Origin: Bacilli bacterium
GTDB taxonomy: Bacteria > Bacillota_I > Bacilli_A > ML615J-28 > CAG-698
Assembly (NCBI GenBank): GCA_050953045.1
Contig: JBMNLY010000003.1
Coordinates: 42,340-106,339 of the forward strand
DNA: 64,000 bases
Reading direction: 5' to 3'
Below, piece after piece: positions 16,623 to 28,138 of this stretch. Every line of letters starts with the position of its first letter. Position 1 is the stretch's first letter. Below the pieces are notes generated by a model, which saw only the letters and a list, made by a program, of their open reading frames with translations, ran no database searches and was not told where the DNA came from. The translations under genes were made by a program, and so were the position numbers.

Positions 16623-17127
16623 ATTTCGTATGTAATAATAATTCTAAAACTTTTAAATCACGAATAATATTTGGCCAATTCATTTCCTTGCTTATTTTAA
16701 TGTTTGCCTGATAAGCTTTTTTTACTGTGACATATTCTAAACAATATCCCAATTCCATCTCATAATCTTCAAGATCTTGGGAAGAGAGGATGTCGCTTGT
16801 TTCCGCAAAATAATAATATGATCTATGATCAAAAATTCCATTTTCGTTATAACGACATTTCCTGATTTCGTGGACTTCACCAAATTCTTTGACTGATTCA
16901 GGAATGATGGAAAGTCCGGTTTCTTCTTTAGTTTCTCTGATTAAAGCCTGAAGATGGGTTTCGCCAGAATCAATGCCGCCCCCAGGAAATTTATAAAAAC
17001 CCAAGGTTTGGCTCTTCACCATTGCAAGGAGTCCCTTTTTAAAAATGATTGCTCGAACGGCTCTTCGCGGAACTCTTTCTGCTCTGTTTTGGTAATCTTT
17101 TTTGTCTAATTCAAATAATAACTTCAT
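16621..17127 (-). CDS. NUDIX hydrolase
   Basis: Nudix box GGGIDSGETHLQALIRETKEETGL. Confidence 0.85.
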   Translation of the reverse strand: MKLLFELDKKDYQNRAERVPRRAVRAIIFKKGLLAMVKSQTLGFYKFPGGGIDSGETHLQALIRETKEETGLSIIPESVKEFGEVHEIRKCRYNENGIFDHRSYYYFAETSDILSSQDLEDYEMELGYCLEYVTVKKAYQANIKISKEMNWPNIIRDLKVLELLLHTK

Positions 17128-17195
17128 TTTTCCCTTATCTTTCTACAAATACCTAAATACATTGTAGTCTAATTCGTTTCTAAAAGCAACAATAA

Positions 17196-18656
17196 TTAGT
17201 CAATAATAACTTTAAATACAAGCGGTTTATCGTACTTATGATTATTTATTTTAAGCTCTAAAGTTTCATTATTTTGTATAAAAGCTACTTCTTCTTTTGT
17301 TTCTAACAATAAGACTTTTTTGATATTGCTGAAAAGACCGGAATGGTCTTTAGTTGCTTTTCTTAAAGCTTTGATATTAAAGGAATTAGTTTTCTTTGGA
17401 TTTAAGGCAAACACATAAAGAGCGCCGTTATTTACCGTAAAGCGAAAGTCTTCGTTTGTATATTGGATCGCTTTTTCACTGAACATCCCTTCATCCGTGG
17501 CGGTCGGGCCTTCTCCAAAAGTATGATAAGGTTTAGCGTGATAAATAGCTTCACCGTTAATTTTTAACCAAGCACCAATTTCTTTTAAAACATTCACTTC
17601 ATACTCAGGAATGGTCCCATCAGCTTTGGGGCCGGTGTTTAAAAGTAAATTACCGTTTTTACTTACTACATCAATTAATAAACAAATAATTTCATAGGTT
17701 GACTTATAATCCAAATCATTGGTATAAGCCCAGGAATTATTGGCGATGGATGTTTCTGTTTGCCAGGAGAAATGTTTTAAGTTATTAAATTTGCCTCTTT
17801 CAATTTCAATCACTCCGGTTCCATAAGCAAAAGCATCATGTTTATAACAAATGATTCCTTCTTTACCTTGCCGGTAACAATGATTATAATAATAAGCGGC
17901 TACTTTTTTCAAATAGGGCTTAAAGGCTTGGTGTTGGACCCACCAATCAAAATAAAGAATTTCCGGATTTAGTTTATCGATAATTTCCACATTTCTTTGT
18001 AACCAATCTTCTAAGAATTCTTGACTTGGCGCGGGGACGCTTTCAAAATCATAGTGGTCTTGTTCCGGTTCGGAAGGCCAATAGAAATCGCCTTTTTTTA
18101 AATCATTGCCGATATCGCTTTCGAATTTTCTTCCATTGCTGAAGAAAAACCAATGTTCGGCGCGATGATTTGAAGCGCCAAACTTGATTCCTTCTTTTCT
18201 ACATTCGGCACTGATTTCTCCTAAAACATCACGTTTCGGTCCCATCTCAAAAGTATTCCATTTGGAGATTTCGCTTCTATACATTTGAAAGCCGTCATGA
18301 TGTTCCGCAACCTGCACTAAGTATCTGGCTCCGGATGCTTTGATTATTTCAATCCACTTCTTGGGATCAAAGTTTTTAGCTTTAAAAAGTGAGATAAAGT
18401 CTTTATAGCCAAAGTTTTTATGTTCTCCATAAGTTTTGATATGATGGCAATATTCTTCCGAGCCTTCAATATACATATTTCTCGAATACCATTCATTATT
18501 AAAAGCGGGAACACTATATAAACCCCAATGAATAAAAATCCCGAACCTAGCTTCCTGAAACCATTTGGGTAATTCCTTTTTTTGAAGTGATTCCCAAGTA
18601 GGGTAAAAGGGGCCGAGTTTAATTTTTTCTTCGATTTCTTTAATTGTCTTCGCCAT
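17196..18656 (-). CDS. Alpha-L-fucosidase, GH29 (cytosolic, no signal peptide)
   Basis: FGIFIHWGLYSVPAFNNEWYSRNMY and the overall GH29 layout with a C-terminal beta-sandwich. Confidence 0.85.
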   Translation of the reverse strand: MAKTIKEIEEKIKLGPFYPTWESLQKKELPKWFQEARFGIFIHWGLYSVPAFNNEWYSRNMYIEGSEEYCHHIKTYGEHKNFGYKDFISLFKAKNFDPKKWIEIIKASGARYLVQVAEHHDGFQMYRSEISKWNTFEMGPKRDVLGEISAECRKEGIKFGASNHRAEHWFFFSNGRKFESDIGNDLKKGDFYWPSEPEQDHYDFESVPAPSQEFLEDWLQRNVEIIDKLNPEILYFDWWVQHQAFKPYLKKVAAYYYNHCYRQGKEGIICYKHDAFAYGTGVIEIERGKFNNLKHFSWQTETSIANNSWAYTNDLDYKSTYEIICLLIDVVSKNGNLLLNTGPKADGTIPEYEVNVLKEIGAWLKINGEAIYHAKPYHTFGEGPTATDEGMFSEKAIQYTNEDFRFTVNNGALYVFALNPKKTNSFNIKALRKATKDHSGLFSNIKKVLLLETKEEVAFIQNNETLELKINNHKYDKPLVFKVIID

Positions 18657-18664
18657 AATTATCC

Positions 18665-20776
18665 TTATACAAAAAACTCAAATTGGTGAATTATGTTTTC
18701 TAAGGAAGTACCAATCGCTACTTGGTAAACTCCGTTTTTCACTGCAAATTGCTTTAATTCTTCATCATAATAACTAAAGGCTTCATTATCTAAAGTAATG
18801 GAAACTGCTTTTGTTTCACCTTTTTTCAGAAATACTTTTTCAAAACCTTTTAATATCATCGGTTCTTCAGCATTGATATTTCTGATATAAACTTGGATGG
18901 TTTCAGAGGCATCAAAATCACCTATGTTTTTAAGGGTTAAATTAATCCGGTATTCGTCATTTTCTCTATCCCAATTGAAGTTATCATAGGAAAACTTCGA
19001 ATAACTTAAACCATATCCAAATGGATATAGCGGTTTAATTTGTTTGGTTAGAAAATGCCGGTAGCCGACACTTTCTTCTTCATAATAGTGGACTTTGTCA
19101 TTACCCGGAAATTCGCCGATACTGTGCGAAGAATAATCACTTAACTTTTCCGCAAACGTCTGCGTTAGTTTTCCGGAAGGAGAAACATCTCCGAAGATGA
19201 TGCTCGCAAGCGCATGACCGGTTTCCATTCCGATATAACTTGACCAAAGGATTGCTTTAGCTTGCCCGTTCCATTGCGACATATCAACGGCCGAACCCGA
19301 TAAGACATGAATAACCGTATTCGGGTTTACTTTTAAGATTTCGCTGATCAGCCGGTCTTGTTCATAAGGAAGTTTAATGTCACTCCGGTCTTGACCTTCT
19401 AAATCAGACTCATGATTCAAGCCCGCAAAGATAATAATGTTTTCATATTCCTGCGCTAGTTTTACGGCTTCTTCCAAATATTCCTTTTGTTTTACCTTTA
19501 TTTCTTCAGAATATACTTTTTCCTGCTTGACTCTTTCTTCCAAGCTTAACTCTTGCCAGTGCACATCATCCTTTGCTTTCTCAGGGACATAATAACCCTT
19601 AACAAATTTCACATCAACATTTCCGCCTAATTTAGTCCTAAGTCCTAAGAGCGGTGAAATTTCATATAAAGCTTTGATTTCGGCACTGCCGCCTTTATTA
19701 GAATGATGACGGATTGCATTATCACCGATGACTAATAACTTATTTATTGTTTTATTTAAAGGTAATACATTATCTTTATTTTTAAGGAGAACAATTCCTT
19801 CTAAGGCGATTTCATAAGCAATATTCTGGTGCTCTTTGGTATTATAGGCACCGCTTTTTCGGTTTTCTGTTGCGCCTAACATTTTGATTTCATACATTGT
19901 TCTTAAAATATTTCTGATTTTATTATCGAGATGTTCGATTGCAACCTCACCGTTTTTAACTTTTTCAATTAAGGGGTTTGCAAGATTATAGTCATCAAAA
20001 TCATTGGTGACTGACATTTCGATATCAAGTGCGGCTTCGGCGGCTTCTTTGGTATCATGAACCGCACCCCAGTCAGAAATCACCAAATGTTTAAATTTCC
20101 AATCATCTCTTAAAACCTTATTTAAAAGCCATTTGCTATGGGAACAGAAATGTCCGTTTATTTTATTATAAGCACTCATAATGCCTAAGGCATTGGCTTT
20201 TTTTATAATATCCCGAAAAGCTTTAAAATAGATTTCCTCTAAAGTCTTTTCTTTTACAACAACATCAACGCTGAGACGATTCGTTTCTTGGTTATTAGCA
20301 GCAAAATGCTTTGCACAAGCGACAACATCGGACTCCTGAATTCCTTTTACCATTTCAACAGCAAGCCTGCTCGTAAGAAATGGATCTTCCGACAAATATT
20401 CAAAGTTTCTTCCACATAACGGGCTTCTGATAATATTGATACTCGGAGCCAAGATAACATCTTTGCCTCTTCCTCTAGCTTCTCTACCTAAAACTTGTCC
20501 GTATTTATAAGCTAAATTATTATTCCAGGTAGAAGCAATGGCACTTCCGCTCGGTAAATAGGTACTATAATCATCGGTTTGATTTAACGGCATCCAAGCA
20601 CCATTTTGAAAATCCTCGCGCACGCCCATCGGCCCGTCGGACATTTTTAAAGGTTTAATTCCTAGTCTTTCAACTCCTTTGGTTTGGAAAAGACCGTCTC
20701 CGTGAATCATTCCAACTTTTTCTTCTAAGGTTAGTTGTTTTAAAACTTCTTCAATTTGTTGTTCATAATTATTCAT
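18665..20776 (-). CDS. Beta-glucosidase/beta-xylosidase, GH3 (cytosolic)
   Basis: KMSDGPMGVR, KHFAANNQE, and VISDWGA holding the nucleophile Asp. Start at ATG 20776, 5 nt after GAGGTG. It is translationally coupled to the GH43 stop. Confidence 0.85.
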   Translation of the reverse strand: MNNYEQQIEEVLKQLTLEEKVGMIHGDGLFQTKGVERLGIKPLKMSDGPMGVREDFQNGAWMPLNQTDDYSTYLPSGSAIASTWNNNLAYKYGQVLGREARGRGKDVILAPSINIIRSPLCGRNFEYLSEDPFLTSRLAVEMVKGIQESDVVACAKHFAANNQETNRLSVDVVVKEKTLEEIYFKAFRDIIKKANALGIMSAYNKINGHFCSHSKWLLNKVLRDDWKFKHLVISDWGAVHDTKEAAEAALDIEMSVTNDFDDYNLANPLIEKVKNGEVAIEHLDNKIRNILRTMYEIKMLGATENRKSGAYNTKEHQNIAYEIALEGIVLLKNKDNVLPLNKTINKLLVIGDNAIRHHSNKGGSAEIKALYEISPLLGLRTKLGGNVDVKFVKGYYVPEKAKDDVHWQELSLEERVKQEKVYSEEIKVKQKEYLEEAVKLAQEYENIIIFAGLNHESDLEGQDRSDIKLPYEQDRLISEILKVNPNTVIHVLSGSAVDMSQWNGQAKAILWSSYIGMETGHALASIIFGDVSPSGKLTQTFAEKLSDYSSHSIGEFPGNDKVHYYEEESVGYRHFLTKQIKPLYPFGYGLSYSKFSYDNFNWDRENDEYRINLTLKNIGDFDASETIQVYIRNINAEEPMILKGFEKVFLKKGETKAVSITLDNEAFSYYDEELKQFAVKNGVYQVAIGTSLENIIHQFEFFV

Positions 20777-20778
20777 CG

Positions 20779-22293
20779 TCACACCTCATAATCTGGTTCT
20801 TTATTTAAAACGAGCGAGTCGATAAAGACACCTTTTGTTTTATCCCCTTTCGCATAAATCCCGTACATTACCCCGGTAAAGGGAGATGCAGTTACTTCGG
20901 TTGCGAGAAGTTCGTTTCTAATCTTTGTTAAGATTTTTGTAACTTCCCCTTCTTTAATCCCGAAATAATAGTAATCCTTATCACCGCTAATCATTAAGGT
21001 AATTGTTTCACTAGCATTTATTAGGTATACTTCGGTTTGAACAAGGTCATAACATTGTTTTCTAATCCGGATTTCCTTTTTCTCATTGATTAAGACGGTA
21101 ACATAGTTATGACTTCCGTTTAGGATTAAAAGGCCGTTTTCACCACTCGAATTAGCTAAATCAATTGTGGTCCTAAATTCAAAATAATATTCTTCTTGCC
21201 GGCGTAAAAGTAAAGTAGGCTGCCCTGAGTCGTTTATTCCCGTCTCTTTCGCATTTATTACTAAACCTAAATCACTAAACTTAGTAAAAGTATGATAATC
21301 GGCACGAATGGAACACCATTCATACGGTACTTCTTTTAATTCCTGCCAGCGATAATGGATCTCGTTTTCTCTCTTTTGTTTAATATTCATGCTTTCATAA
21401 GGATTGACAGTTTCACTCATCTTGGGCCAAAAATCATCCCAGTTAAATGGCTTGATAAAGACTTCGCGTCCCATATTATGGCGCAGGATCCCTTTCGGCC
21501 GCACACCTAAAACAAAGAGATACCACTCACCTTCTTTGCTTTGTACAAAATCAGCATGGCCGATATTTTGGAAGGGATGGTTTGCGAAATTGCGGTGGGT
21601 TAAGATTGGATTTTTTTCATAAGGAATAAAAGGTCCCCAAACAGAATCCGAGTAAAACATCGTCACCATATGGCCTTCTCTGGTTCCGCCTTCAGCCATC
21701 AATAGATAATAGCGACCGTCCTTTTTAAAAATGTGAGGAGCTTCGGGATCTCTACCACCGGAACCAAAACATAACTCTTTTGGCTGGGATGCTTCAAAAG
21801 TATTTAAATCAAATTCGATCTGCTTTACAACACTTCTTTCATCGTTCCAACTGGCATAATGGATATAACCGATATTATCTTCAATATAAATTGAGGGGTC
21901 GATACCGTCAATATCAAACAAGATCGGTTGCGACCAGGTAGCGAAGGGATCTTCGGTAAAAGTGAGGAAGTTTTGGGTAAATTTCTTTTTGTTAGTGTTA
22001 AACATCGTGCTTAAAACATAATATCTCTTTCCGTCATACCGAATAGTCGGTGCGAAAATGCCTTGTGAATCCGGCAAATCCTCTATCGATAAAGGGCTCA
22101 GATTTTTACTTGTTAAAGCAAAATTAATAATTTTCCAGTTGACCAAATCTTCGCTACGAAAAATCGGAATCAGAGGGTAATATTCAAAGGATGATACTAC
22201 TAAATAATAAGCATCATCATGACCCCGGCAGACGCTGGGGTCGGGAAAGAACCCTCTGATGATTGGATTTTTAACTTTATAATTCTTAATCAT
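20779..22293 (-). CDS. GH43 beta-xylosidase/alpha-L-arabinofuranosidase with C-terminal GH43_C2-like domain
   Basis: The N-terminus NPIIRGFFPDPSVCR and the five-bladed propeller pattern are present. There is no signal peptide. The gene ends in TGA. Confidence 0.8.
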   Translation of the reverse strand: MIKNYKVKNPIIRGFFPDPSVCRGHDDAYYLVVSSFEYYPLIPIFRSEDLVNWKIINFALTSKNLSPLSIEDLPDSQGIFAPTIRYDGKRYYVLSTMFNTNKKKFTQNFLTFTEDPFATWSQPILFDIDGIDPSIYIEDNIGYIHYASWNDERSVVKQIEFDLNTFEASQPKELCFGSGGRDPEAPHIFKKDGRYYLLMAEGGTREGHMVTMFYSDSVWGPFIPYEKNPILTHRNFANHPFQNIGHADFVQSKEGEWYLFVLGVRPKGILRHNMGREVFIKPFNWDDFWPKMSETVNPYESMNIKQKRENEIHYRWQELKEVPYEWCSIRADYHTFTKFSDLGLVINAKETGINDSGQPTLLLRRQEEYYFEFRTTIDLANSSGENGLLILNGSHNYVTVLINEKKEIRIRKQCYDLVQTEVYLINASETITLMISGDKDYYYFGIKEGEVTKILTKIRNELLATEVTASPFTGVMYGIYAKGDKTKGVFIDSLVLNKEPDYEV

Positions 22294-22304
22294 AACCTTG
22301 TCCT

Positions 22305-24650
22305 TTAAACTAGCTTAAAAGCAATTTCTTTTACTTTTCTGACTTCTTCGATTCTCACAAGGGAATCACGCTTTAAATTTTGAACCTCAAACTCCTTTGA
22401 CTCTACTTTCAAATTAATAAATCTAAATGCAAGCGGCTTGGTAGCGTTTAAGGAAACTTTGATCTGATCCCCCTGCTTAAGCATGGAGACCTTAACCGCT
22501 TCTTTTCTATCTTTAGTGTAGATTGTACGTGTCGCTTCTTTGTTTTCAACAAGATTATAAACTTCTAAGGTAAGATTATCTTCGTAGTCATAATCACAAT
22601 CATTGTCGACTGCTCCGATTGGTAAAATGGTGTTTTCTCTTACCATTAACGGTAAACCGAAATAATCATATTGTTTTTGATACCATAAATTACCGTCATA
22701 TTCTTCTTTTGTTTGTAAATCCGTCCATTTGCCTTGCGGTAAATAAAATTCACCGAGACCGTGGTCGTTAAAGATCGGAGCGACTAAGATGGCATCACCG
22801 AACATATATTGTCTGTCTAAATAATGAGTGTTTTTATCTTCCGTAAATTCCAAAACCATACTTCTGAGAGTCGGGATTCCCATATTGCTTGCTTCGTTGG
22901 CAATTGTATAAACATAGGGCATTAATTTGGCTTTTAGTTTGGTAAAGTGTCTTAAGACATCAACAGCTTCTTCATCATAAGCCCAAGGCACACGGTAACT
23001 GGTGCTGCCATGGAGTCTTGAATGTGATGAAAGCAAGCCGAATGCACACCATCTTTTGTAAACATCGGCTGTCGAGGCACTTTCAAAACCACCGATATCA
23101 TGGCTCCAGAAACCAAATCCCGATAATGATAACGAGAGTCCGCCTCTTAATGATTCAGCCATCGACTCATAGTCGCTCCAGCAATCTCCGCCCCAATGAA
23201 CCGGGTATTTTTGACTGCCAGCAGTACCAGACCTTGCAAAGAGGAAAGCTTCGCCCTTGCCCTTTTTTTCTTCCAACAATTCGTAAACTAGCTTGTTATA
23301 TAAATAAGAATAATAATTATGCATCTTCTGCGGATCAGCACCGTTGTAATAAACAACATCTAAAGGAATCCGTTCGCCGAAATCGGTCTTAAAGGAATCA
23401 ACGCCCATATCAACTAAACTAGCCAGCTTTGACTGATACCATTTCACGGCTTCAGGATTGGTAAAGTCAACAATCGCCATTCCCGGTTGCCACATATCCC
23501 ATTGCCAGATGTCGCCGTTTTGACGTTTTAAGAAATAACCTTTTTCCATCCCTTCATCAAAGAGATGCGACTCTTGTGCAATATAAGGATTAATCCATAC
23601 ACAAACCTTTAAACCTAAGTCTTTGATTTTCTTAAGCATTGCCTTTGGGTCACTAAAGACCCGCTCATCCCATAAGAGATTACTCCAATGGAAGTCTTTC
23701 ATCCAAAAACAATCGAAATGGAAAACCTTTAAAGGAATGTCTCTTTCAAGCATCCCATTGATAAAACTTAAGACGGTCTCTTCGTCGTAATTGGTTGTAA
23801 AAGAGGTGGAAAGCCATAAACCAAAAGTCCAAGGTTTCGGCATCCCGGGTTTTCCGGTTAAACCGGTGTATCTTACCAATACTTCTTTTAATGTCGGTCC
23901 GTTAAAGAAAAAGTAATCTAGGGCTTCGCCGTGAACTGCAAAACCAACTTTTTTCACGTTTTCGGAGCCAATTTCAAAAGAAACCCGTTCCGGCTGATTG
24001 ACAAATACACCATACCCTTTATTGGAAAGATAAAAAGGAACATTAATATAGGTTTGGTCGCTTGAGGTTCCGGCATCTTCGTTCCAGATTTCAACCGTTT
24101 GCCCGTTCTTTACAAAATGAGTAAAGCGTTCCCCAAGCCCGTAAATACACTCTCCAACACCCAAAGATAATCTTTGTTGCATATAGCTATTATCATAAGT
24201 CGGTTTGTCATAGGCAAGACCCAGCCAATCCGTTTTTACATAGCCCAAATCACGATTCGTAGATTTGCTTAAAAGCTCATCACCGCGATAATAGCTCATT
24301 TTCCAATCTTGTTTATTGATTACTAGTTTGAGCGATCCGCTTCTCACAACAATTTCTTCTGAGGTCGATTCATAATCAAGCCGTCTCTCTGGAAGGTTTA
24401 ATTCAAAATCAACTTTACCATCTTGGACGCCTTTAAAATGATAGGTTCTCACTCTGATTACTTCATCATAGGGGGTTGAGATTTCGATTGTTAAAAGGAC
24501 GCCACCAAGGGTATCGCCGCGATGTCTGATATACTGCGTCGGAGTAGTCAAAATTAATTTATTATCGACCACTTTTTCAAAATAAACTTCTTTCGGATTA
24601 AAAATTTGGACACCTTTTTGATATAACCATTCACCGTTTGTAAATTTCAT
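22305..24650 (-). CDS. GH31 alpha-xylosidase (YicI-like)
   Basis: 781 aa. It has KTDFGE and HWGGDC blocks and YicI-like length and order. There is no signal peptide. Confidence 0.8.
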   Translation of the reverse strand: MKFTNGEWLYQKGVQIFNPKEVYFEKVVDNKLILTTPTQYIRHRGDTLGGVLLTIEISTPYDEVIRVRTYHFKGVQDGKVDFELNLPERRLDYESTSEEIVVRSGSLKLVINKQDWKMSYYRGDELLSKSTNRDLGYVKTDWLGLAYDKPTYDNSYMQQRLSLGVGECIYGLGERFTHFVKNGQTVEIWNEDAGTSSDQTYINVPFYLSNKGYGVFVNQPERVSFEIGSENVKKVGFAVHGEALDYFFFNGPTLKEVLVRYTGLTGKPGMPKPWTFGLWLSTSFTTNYDEETVLSFINGMLERDIPLKVFHFDCFWMKDFHWSNLLWDERVFSDPKAMLKKIKDLGLKVCVWINPYIAQESHLFDEGMEKGYFLKRQNGDIWQWDMWQPGMAIVDFTNPEAVKWYQSKLASLVDMGVDSFKTDFGERIPLDVVYYNGADPQKMHNYYSYLYNKLVYELLEEKKGKGEAFLFARSGTAGSQKYPVHWGGDCWSDYESMAESLRGGLSLSLSGFGFWSHDIGGFESASTADVYKRWCAFGLLSSHSRLHGSTSYRVPWAYDEEAVDVLRHFTKLKAKLMPYVYTIANEASNMGIPTLRSMVLEFTEDKNTHYLDRQYMFGDAILVAPIFNDHGLGEFYLPQGKWTDLQTKEEYDGNLWYQKQYDYFGLPLMVRENTILPIGAVDNDCDYDYEDNLTLEVYNLVENKEATRTIYTKDRKEAVKVSMLKQGDQIKVSLNATKPLAFRFINLKVESKEFEVQNLKRDSLVRIEEVRKVKEIAFKLV

Positions 24651-24689
24651 AATCTCATTTAGTAGATTACTCTACGTCCTCCTTTTGCT

Positions 24690-27600
24690 TTAACTAAATT
24701 CAAATGTTTTAAAATTAAAATTACTGCCGGGAAGAAAAATAAATTCAACCCGATAATTACCTTTTAGGGGCTTAATCTTAAAACATTGTTTTGAAAATTC
24801 TGATTTTTGTAAGAATTCAACTTGATAAGTTTCGCAATTGCCAGTACGATCGGTCACTTGAATTCTGATTGAATTGTCTTGAACGTTCGCCTTACCTTCA
24901 ATCGTAATTTCATCAACTTCTTGATCAAAATATAATTCATTAAAGATAAAGGTAGTATTGTTGCCAATCTCAGAAAAACCCCAATCTTGGCGAGTATAAT
25001 AATCACCATAATAAGTGTCAGCATCAAGGATCGAAATAAGTTGCCCGCGATGACTTTTGCGTTCAAAGTAAAAGCCTTTGAAATGAACCGCCCTTCCAAA
25101 GACAAGCTTTAAAGCAACAATTCCCGTTAATTCCTTGGGTAATAAATAAGATTCTTCTTGATAAAGATTCCAGATTGTTTCTTTTTGATAAGTAAGTTTA
25201 TCTAAATAATGATAAGCCTTTGCTTCAGAATCTTGATAATAAACTTCAATTTCTAAGGGCTCGCTTGTAAAGGAGAAAATAGAAAGAGTTATTTTTTTGC
25301 TATTATGCTTATCGAAATTAAGGTTCTGATAAATTACTGTGGTTAGCTCTTGATCGCTCGTTGCAATTCCGAATTCATTTCCAGGCTTAATTTCGCCGCT
25401 GAAATCGTCATAAAGACCCGCCGAGATGAAAATAAAAGGATTTTTGTAAGCAGGTGAAATCCCCGAAACAGCAAACCCTAGTTCCGAAATAACCGCTGCT
25501 TGCTGTTTTTGATTGCACACGGCTCCTCTTAATACAAACTCACCGTCTTTAACTCCTTCCAAAATAATACCGTTCTCAGCTTTTTTAATGATTGCATTGT
25601 CGGTCGGAATTCCTTTTTTGGTCACAATACTCCACTTCATATCAGCAACCGCACAATTAGGAAGGGTTTTTGCTTGAATGAAGGCTTGTTTGTGATCTTG
25701 ATTTAAAACCTTCGTGAATGTACGGAGTTTGATTTTTCGAACCGGGATCTGGTTCATTAACTCATTATCTGTTAAATCATTATCTATTATTGATGATCTC
25801 AGATAATGATTTTTCTTTTTTGCTAGCTCTTGTTCAAAGTTCAACGGAACTTCGACTGCTACAAGCGTAAATTCTTTTGCTTTTATAAACTGTGATTTAA
25901 TTGTAACATGAATTGTTCCCGGATGGTATAATGATCCGATAAAAGCTTTTAATTTTCCCGAAAAAAGCGGTTTTATTCGACCTTTAAAAGGAGAATAATC
26001 GGTGCTGTCGCCGTTGTCTAAACCGAGCAACTTTCCGGCGCCGGTAACGATGACTTCTAGGATTTGATTGTCATCTTCAACCAAATTCCCCTCAGAGTCA
26101 ATGGTTTCGATAACCACTTCCGAAACATCGACACCGTCAGCTTTTAAAACCTGATCTAAGACCGTGATTTTAAAGTCAACCGGGTTTGAAAAGGTTTTTT
26201 TACTGACCCTAGCAACTTCCTCACCGGCTTTATTGTAAGCGATTGCTTTTAGTTCGCCTTTTTCAAAAGGAACTTGCCAGGTCGGTATTATCTTTTGATC
26301 CGTTTCAACATTTATACATTTACTGCCAACGAGTTTATCATTCAGGAATAATTCAATCTTTTCTAGATTCGTCGCGACTCTGACATCAATTAACTCCCCT
26401 TCGTTAAAATTCCAATAAGGAAAAATATGTAAAACGGGCAGGTCTTTCCGCCAGCTCGCTTGACGAACAAAATATGCGTCTTTTGGAAACCCGGCGGTAT
26501 CAATTTGGCCAAAATAAGAATTCTTCGTATCATATGGTGTCGGTTCACCAAGATAATCATGGCCGGTCCAGATAAACTGACCGAGCGAAAACTTAAGATC
26601 GCGGTCAATGGTCAGAGAGGATTCTAATGATTTTGCGCCCCAACTTGTGATACTGTTACCGAGCGAAGAACATTGCTTGTCTTCATGATAATAGATTTGT
26701 TCCGCAAGGGGGAAATGATAGATGCCGCGACTTTGAACAATCGAAGCAGTTTCGCTTCCGAAAATAACCCAATCAGGATACTTCTTGTGATGCTTTTCGT
26801 AGAGATGTTCTAAGTAATTATAACCGACAAGCTTTAATTCGTCTGCTGCTTGTTGGGTGTTTTCACCCATTAAAAAGTTTGAACAAATCGTAATTTTACC
26901 GTTTTCGTAAGGGTCATGTTTTAAGATTAAATCCCGAAGCATCTTTGTTAATTCTAGGCCTCTTTTTGAAGCGTGGGTGTCATAAATCTCATTGCCGATG
27001 CTCCACATCAATAAGGAGACGTGGTTTCGGTCCCGTTTAATCCAACTTTCAACATCCTTTTCGACCCATTCGTTAAAGAATCTTGCATAATCATAGGGGT
27101 TTTTTGAAAGTTCCCACATATCAAAAGCTTCCGAAACGATTAAAAAGCCCATTTCATCGGCTAATTCCATAAGTTCCGGAGCGGGCACCGAATGAGCGCA
27201 TCTGATCGCATTTACGCCCATTTCCTTTAACATCTTCAATCTCTTCTTTAAAGTAATTTTAGAAAAGGCGGCTCCGAACGCTCCTAAATCATGATGCTCG
27301 CAGACTCCGTTTAGTTTCTGCTTTTCACCATTGAGGATGAAACCTAAATTAGGATCCATAAGTACATCTTTAAATCCAAAGTATGTTCTTAAACCATCAA
27401 TAATTTCATTATCGAGATAAAGGTTTGTGATTAATTTATATAATACAGGATTAGCGGGCGACCAGTTGACTTTATCTTCAACTTTCATTTTTACTTTATT
27501 AAAGTTCTTTGACACGCTAACCCGAGTTGAAGCAATTAAATAATCTTCCCTAAGAATATTGTGCTCCAACACAACATTCTTAGAGAGATTCATTTCTGTT

Positions 27601-28127
27601 TCAATTATTACTTCTCCCGTTTTCGGATTGGTATGAAGATAAATCCCGTTAGATAGGAGATGATTTTCCTGCTTTTTCAGAATATAAACATTTCGGTAAA
27701 TACCGGCACCCGAATACCATCTAGAATTCGGGTGCTCGTGTAATACCCTCACAACCATAATGTTTTCGCCGTCTCGGCAAAAATCAGTTATTTCAAATTC
27801 GAAGGATGTATAACCATTTTTCCATTCGCCGACTTTTTGGTAATTGAGATAAACGGTCGAATCCATATAAACGCCGTCAAAGCGGATAAAATATCTACAA
27901 GTAGCTTCTTTGTTTAAAAGGAACTTTTTATAATACCAACCGCTCGAACTTTCATATAAATCATCGACTTGATAGATTAACCAGTCATGCGGCAAAACAA
28001 CATCTTGAAAGCTTTCTAAAGAATTAAGCGCTTCTTCATAACTGCAATCAAGGTGTTTTTTGGAAAACTTCCAAAAATGATTAAATCCAACGATTTCGAA
28101 TTTTTTTTGGTTGTGGAAAAGTTTCAT
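24690..28127 (-). CDS. GH2 beta-galactosidase-type enzyme with long C-terminal accessory (Ig-like/CBM-like) domains
   Basis: WYSGAGIYRNVYI, NAIRCAHSVP, LMWSIGNE. It is 1145 aa with no signal peptide. Confidence 0.8.
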   Translation of the reverse strand: MKLFHNQKKFEIVGFNHFWKFSKKHLDCSYEEALNSLESFQDVVLPHDWLIYQVDDLYESSSGWYYKKFLLNKEATCRYFIRFDGVYMDSTVYLNYQKVGEWKNGYTSFEFEITDFCRDGENIMVVRVLHEHPNSRWYSGAGIYRNVYILKKQENHLLSNGIYLHTNPKTGEVIIETEMNLSKNVVLEHNILREDYLIASTRVSVSKNFNKVKMKVEDKVNWSPANPVLYKLITNLYLDNEIIDGLRTYFGFKDVLMDPNLGFILNGEKQKLNGVCEHHDLGAFGAAFSKITLKKRLKMLKEMGVNAIRCAHSVPAPELMELADEMGFLIVSEAFDMWELSKNPYDYARFFNEWVEKDVESWIKRDRNHVSLLMWSIGNEIYDTHASKRGLELTKMLRDLILKHDPYENGKITICSNFLMGENTQQAADELKLVGYNYLEHLYEKHHKKYPDWVIFGSETASIVQSRGIYHFPLAEQIYYHEDKQCSSLGNSITSWGAKSLESSLTIDRDLKFSLGQFIWTGHDYLGEPTPYDTKNSYFGQIDTAGFPKDAYFVRQASWRKDLPVLHIFPYWNFNEGELIDVRVATNLEKIELFLNDKLVGSKCINVETDQKIIPTWQVPFEKGELKAIAYNKAGEEVARVSKKTFSNPVDFKITVLDQVLKADGVDVSEVVIETIDSEGNLVEDDNQILEVIVTGAGKLLGLDNGDSTDYSPFKGRIKPLFSGKLKAFIGSLYHPGTIHVTIKSQFIKAKEFTLVAVEVPLNFEQELAKKKNHYLRSSIIDNDLTDNELMNQIPVRKIKLRTFTKVLNQDHKQAFIQAKTLPNCAVADMKWSIVTKKGIPTDNAIIKKAENGIILEGVKDGEFVLRGAVCNQKQQAAVISELGFAVSGISPAYKNPFIFISAGLYDDFSGEIKPGNEFGIATSDQELTTVIYQNLNFDKHNSKKITLSIFSFTSEPLEIEVYYQDSEAKAYHYLDKLTYQKETIWNLYQEESYLLPKELTGIVALKLVFGRAVHFKGFYFERKSHRGQLISILDADTYYGDYYTRQDWGFSEIGNNTTFIFNELYFDQEVDEITIEGKANVQDNSIRIQVTDRTGNCETYQVEFLQKSEFSKQCFKIKPLKGNYRVEFIFLPGSNFNFKTFEFS

Positions 28128-28138
28128 AATTACTCCTT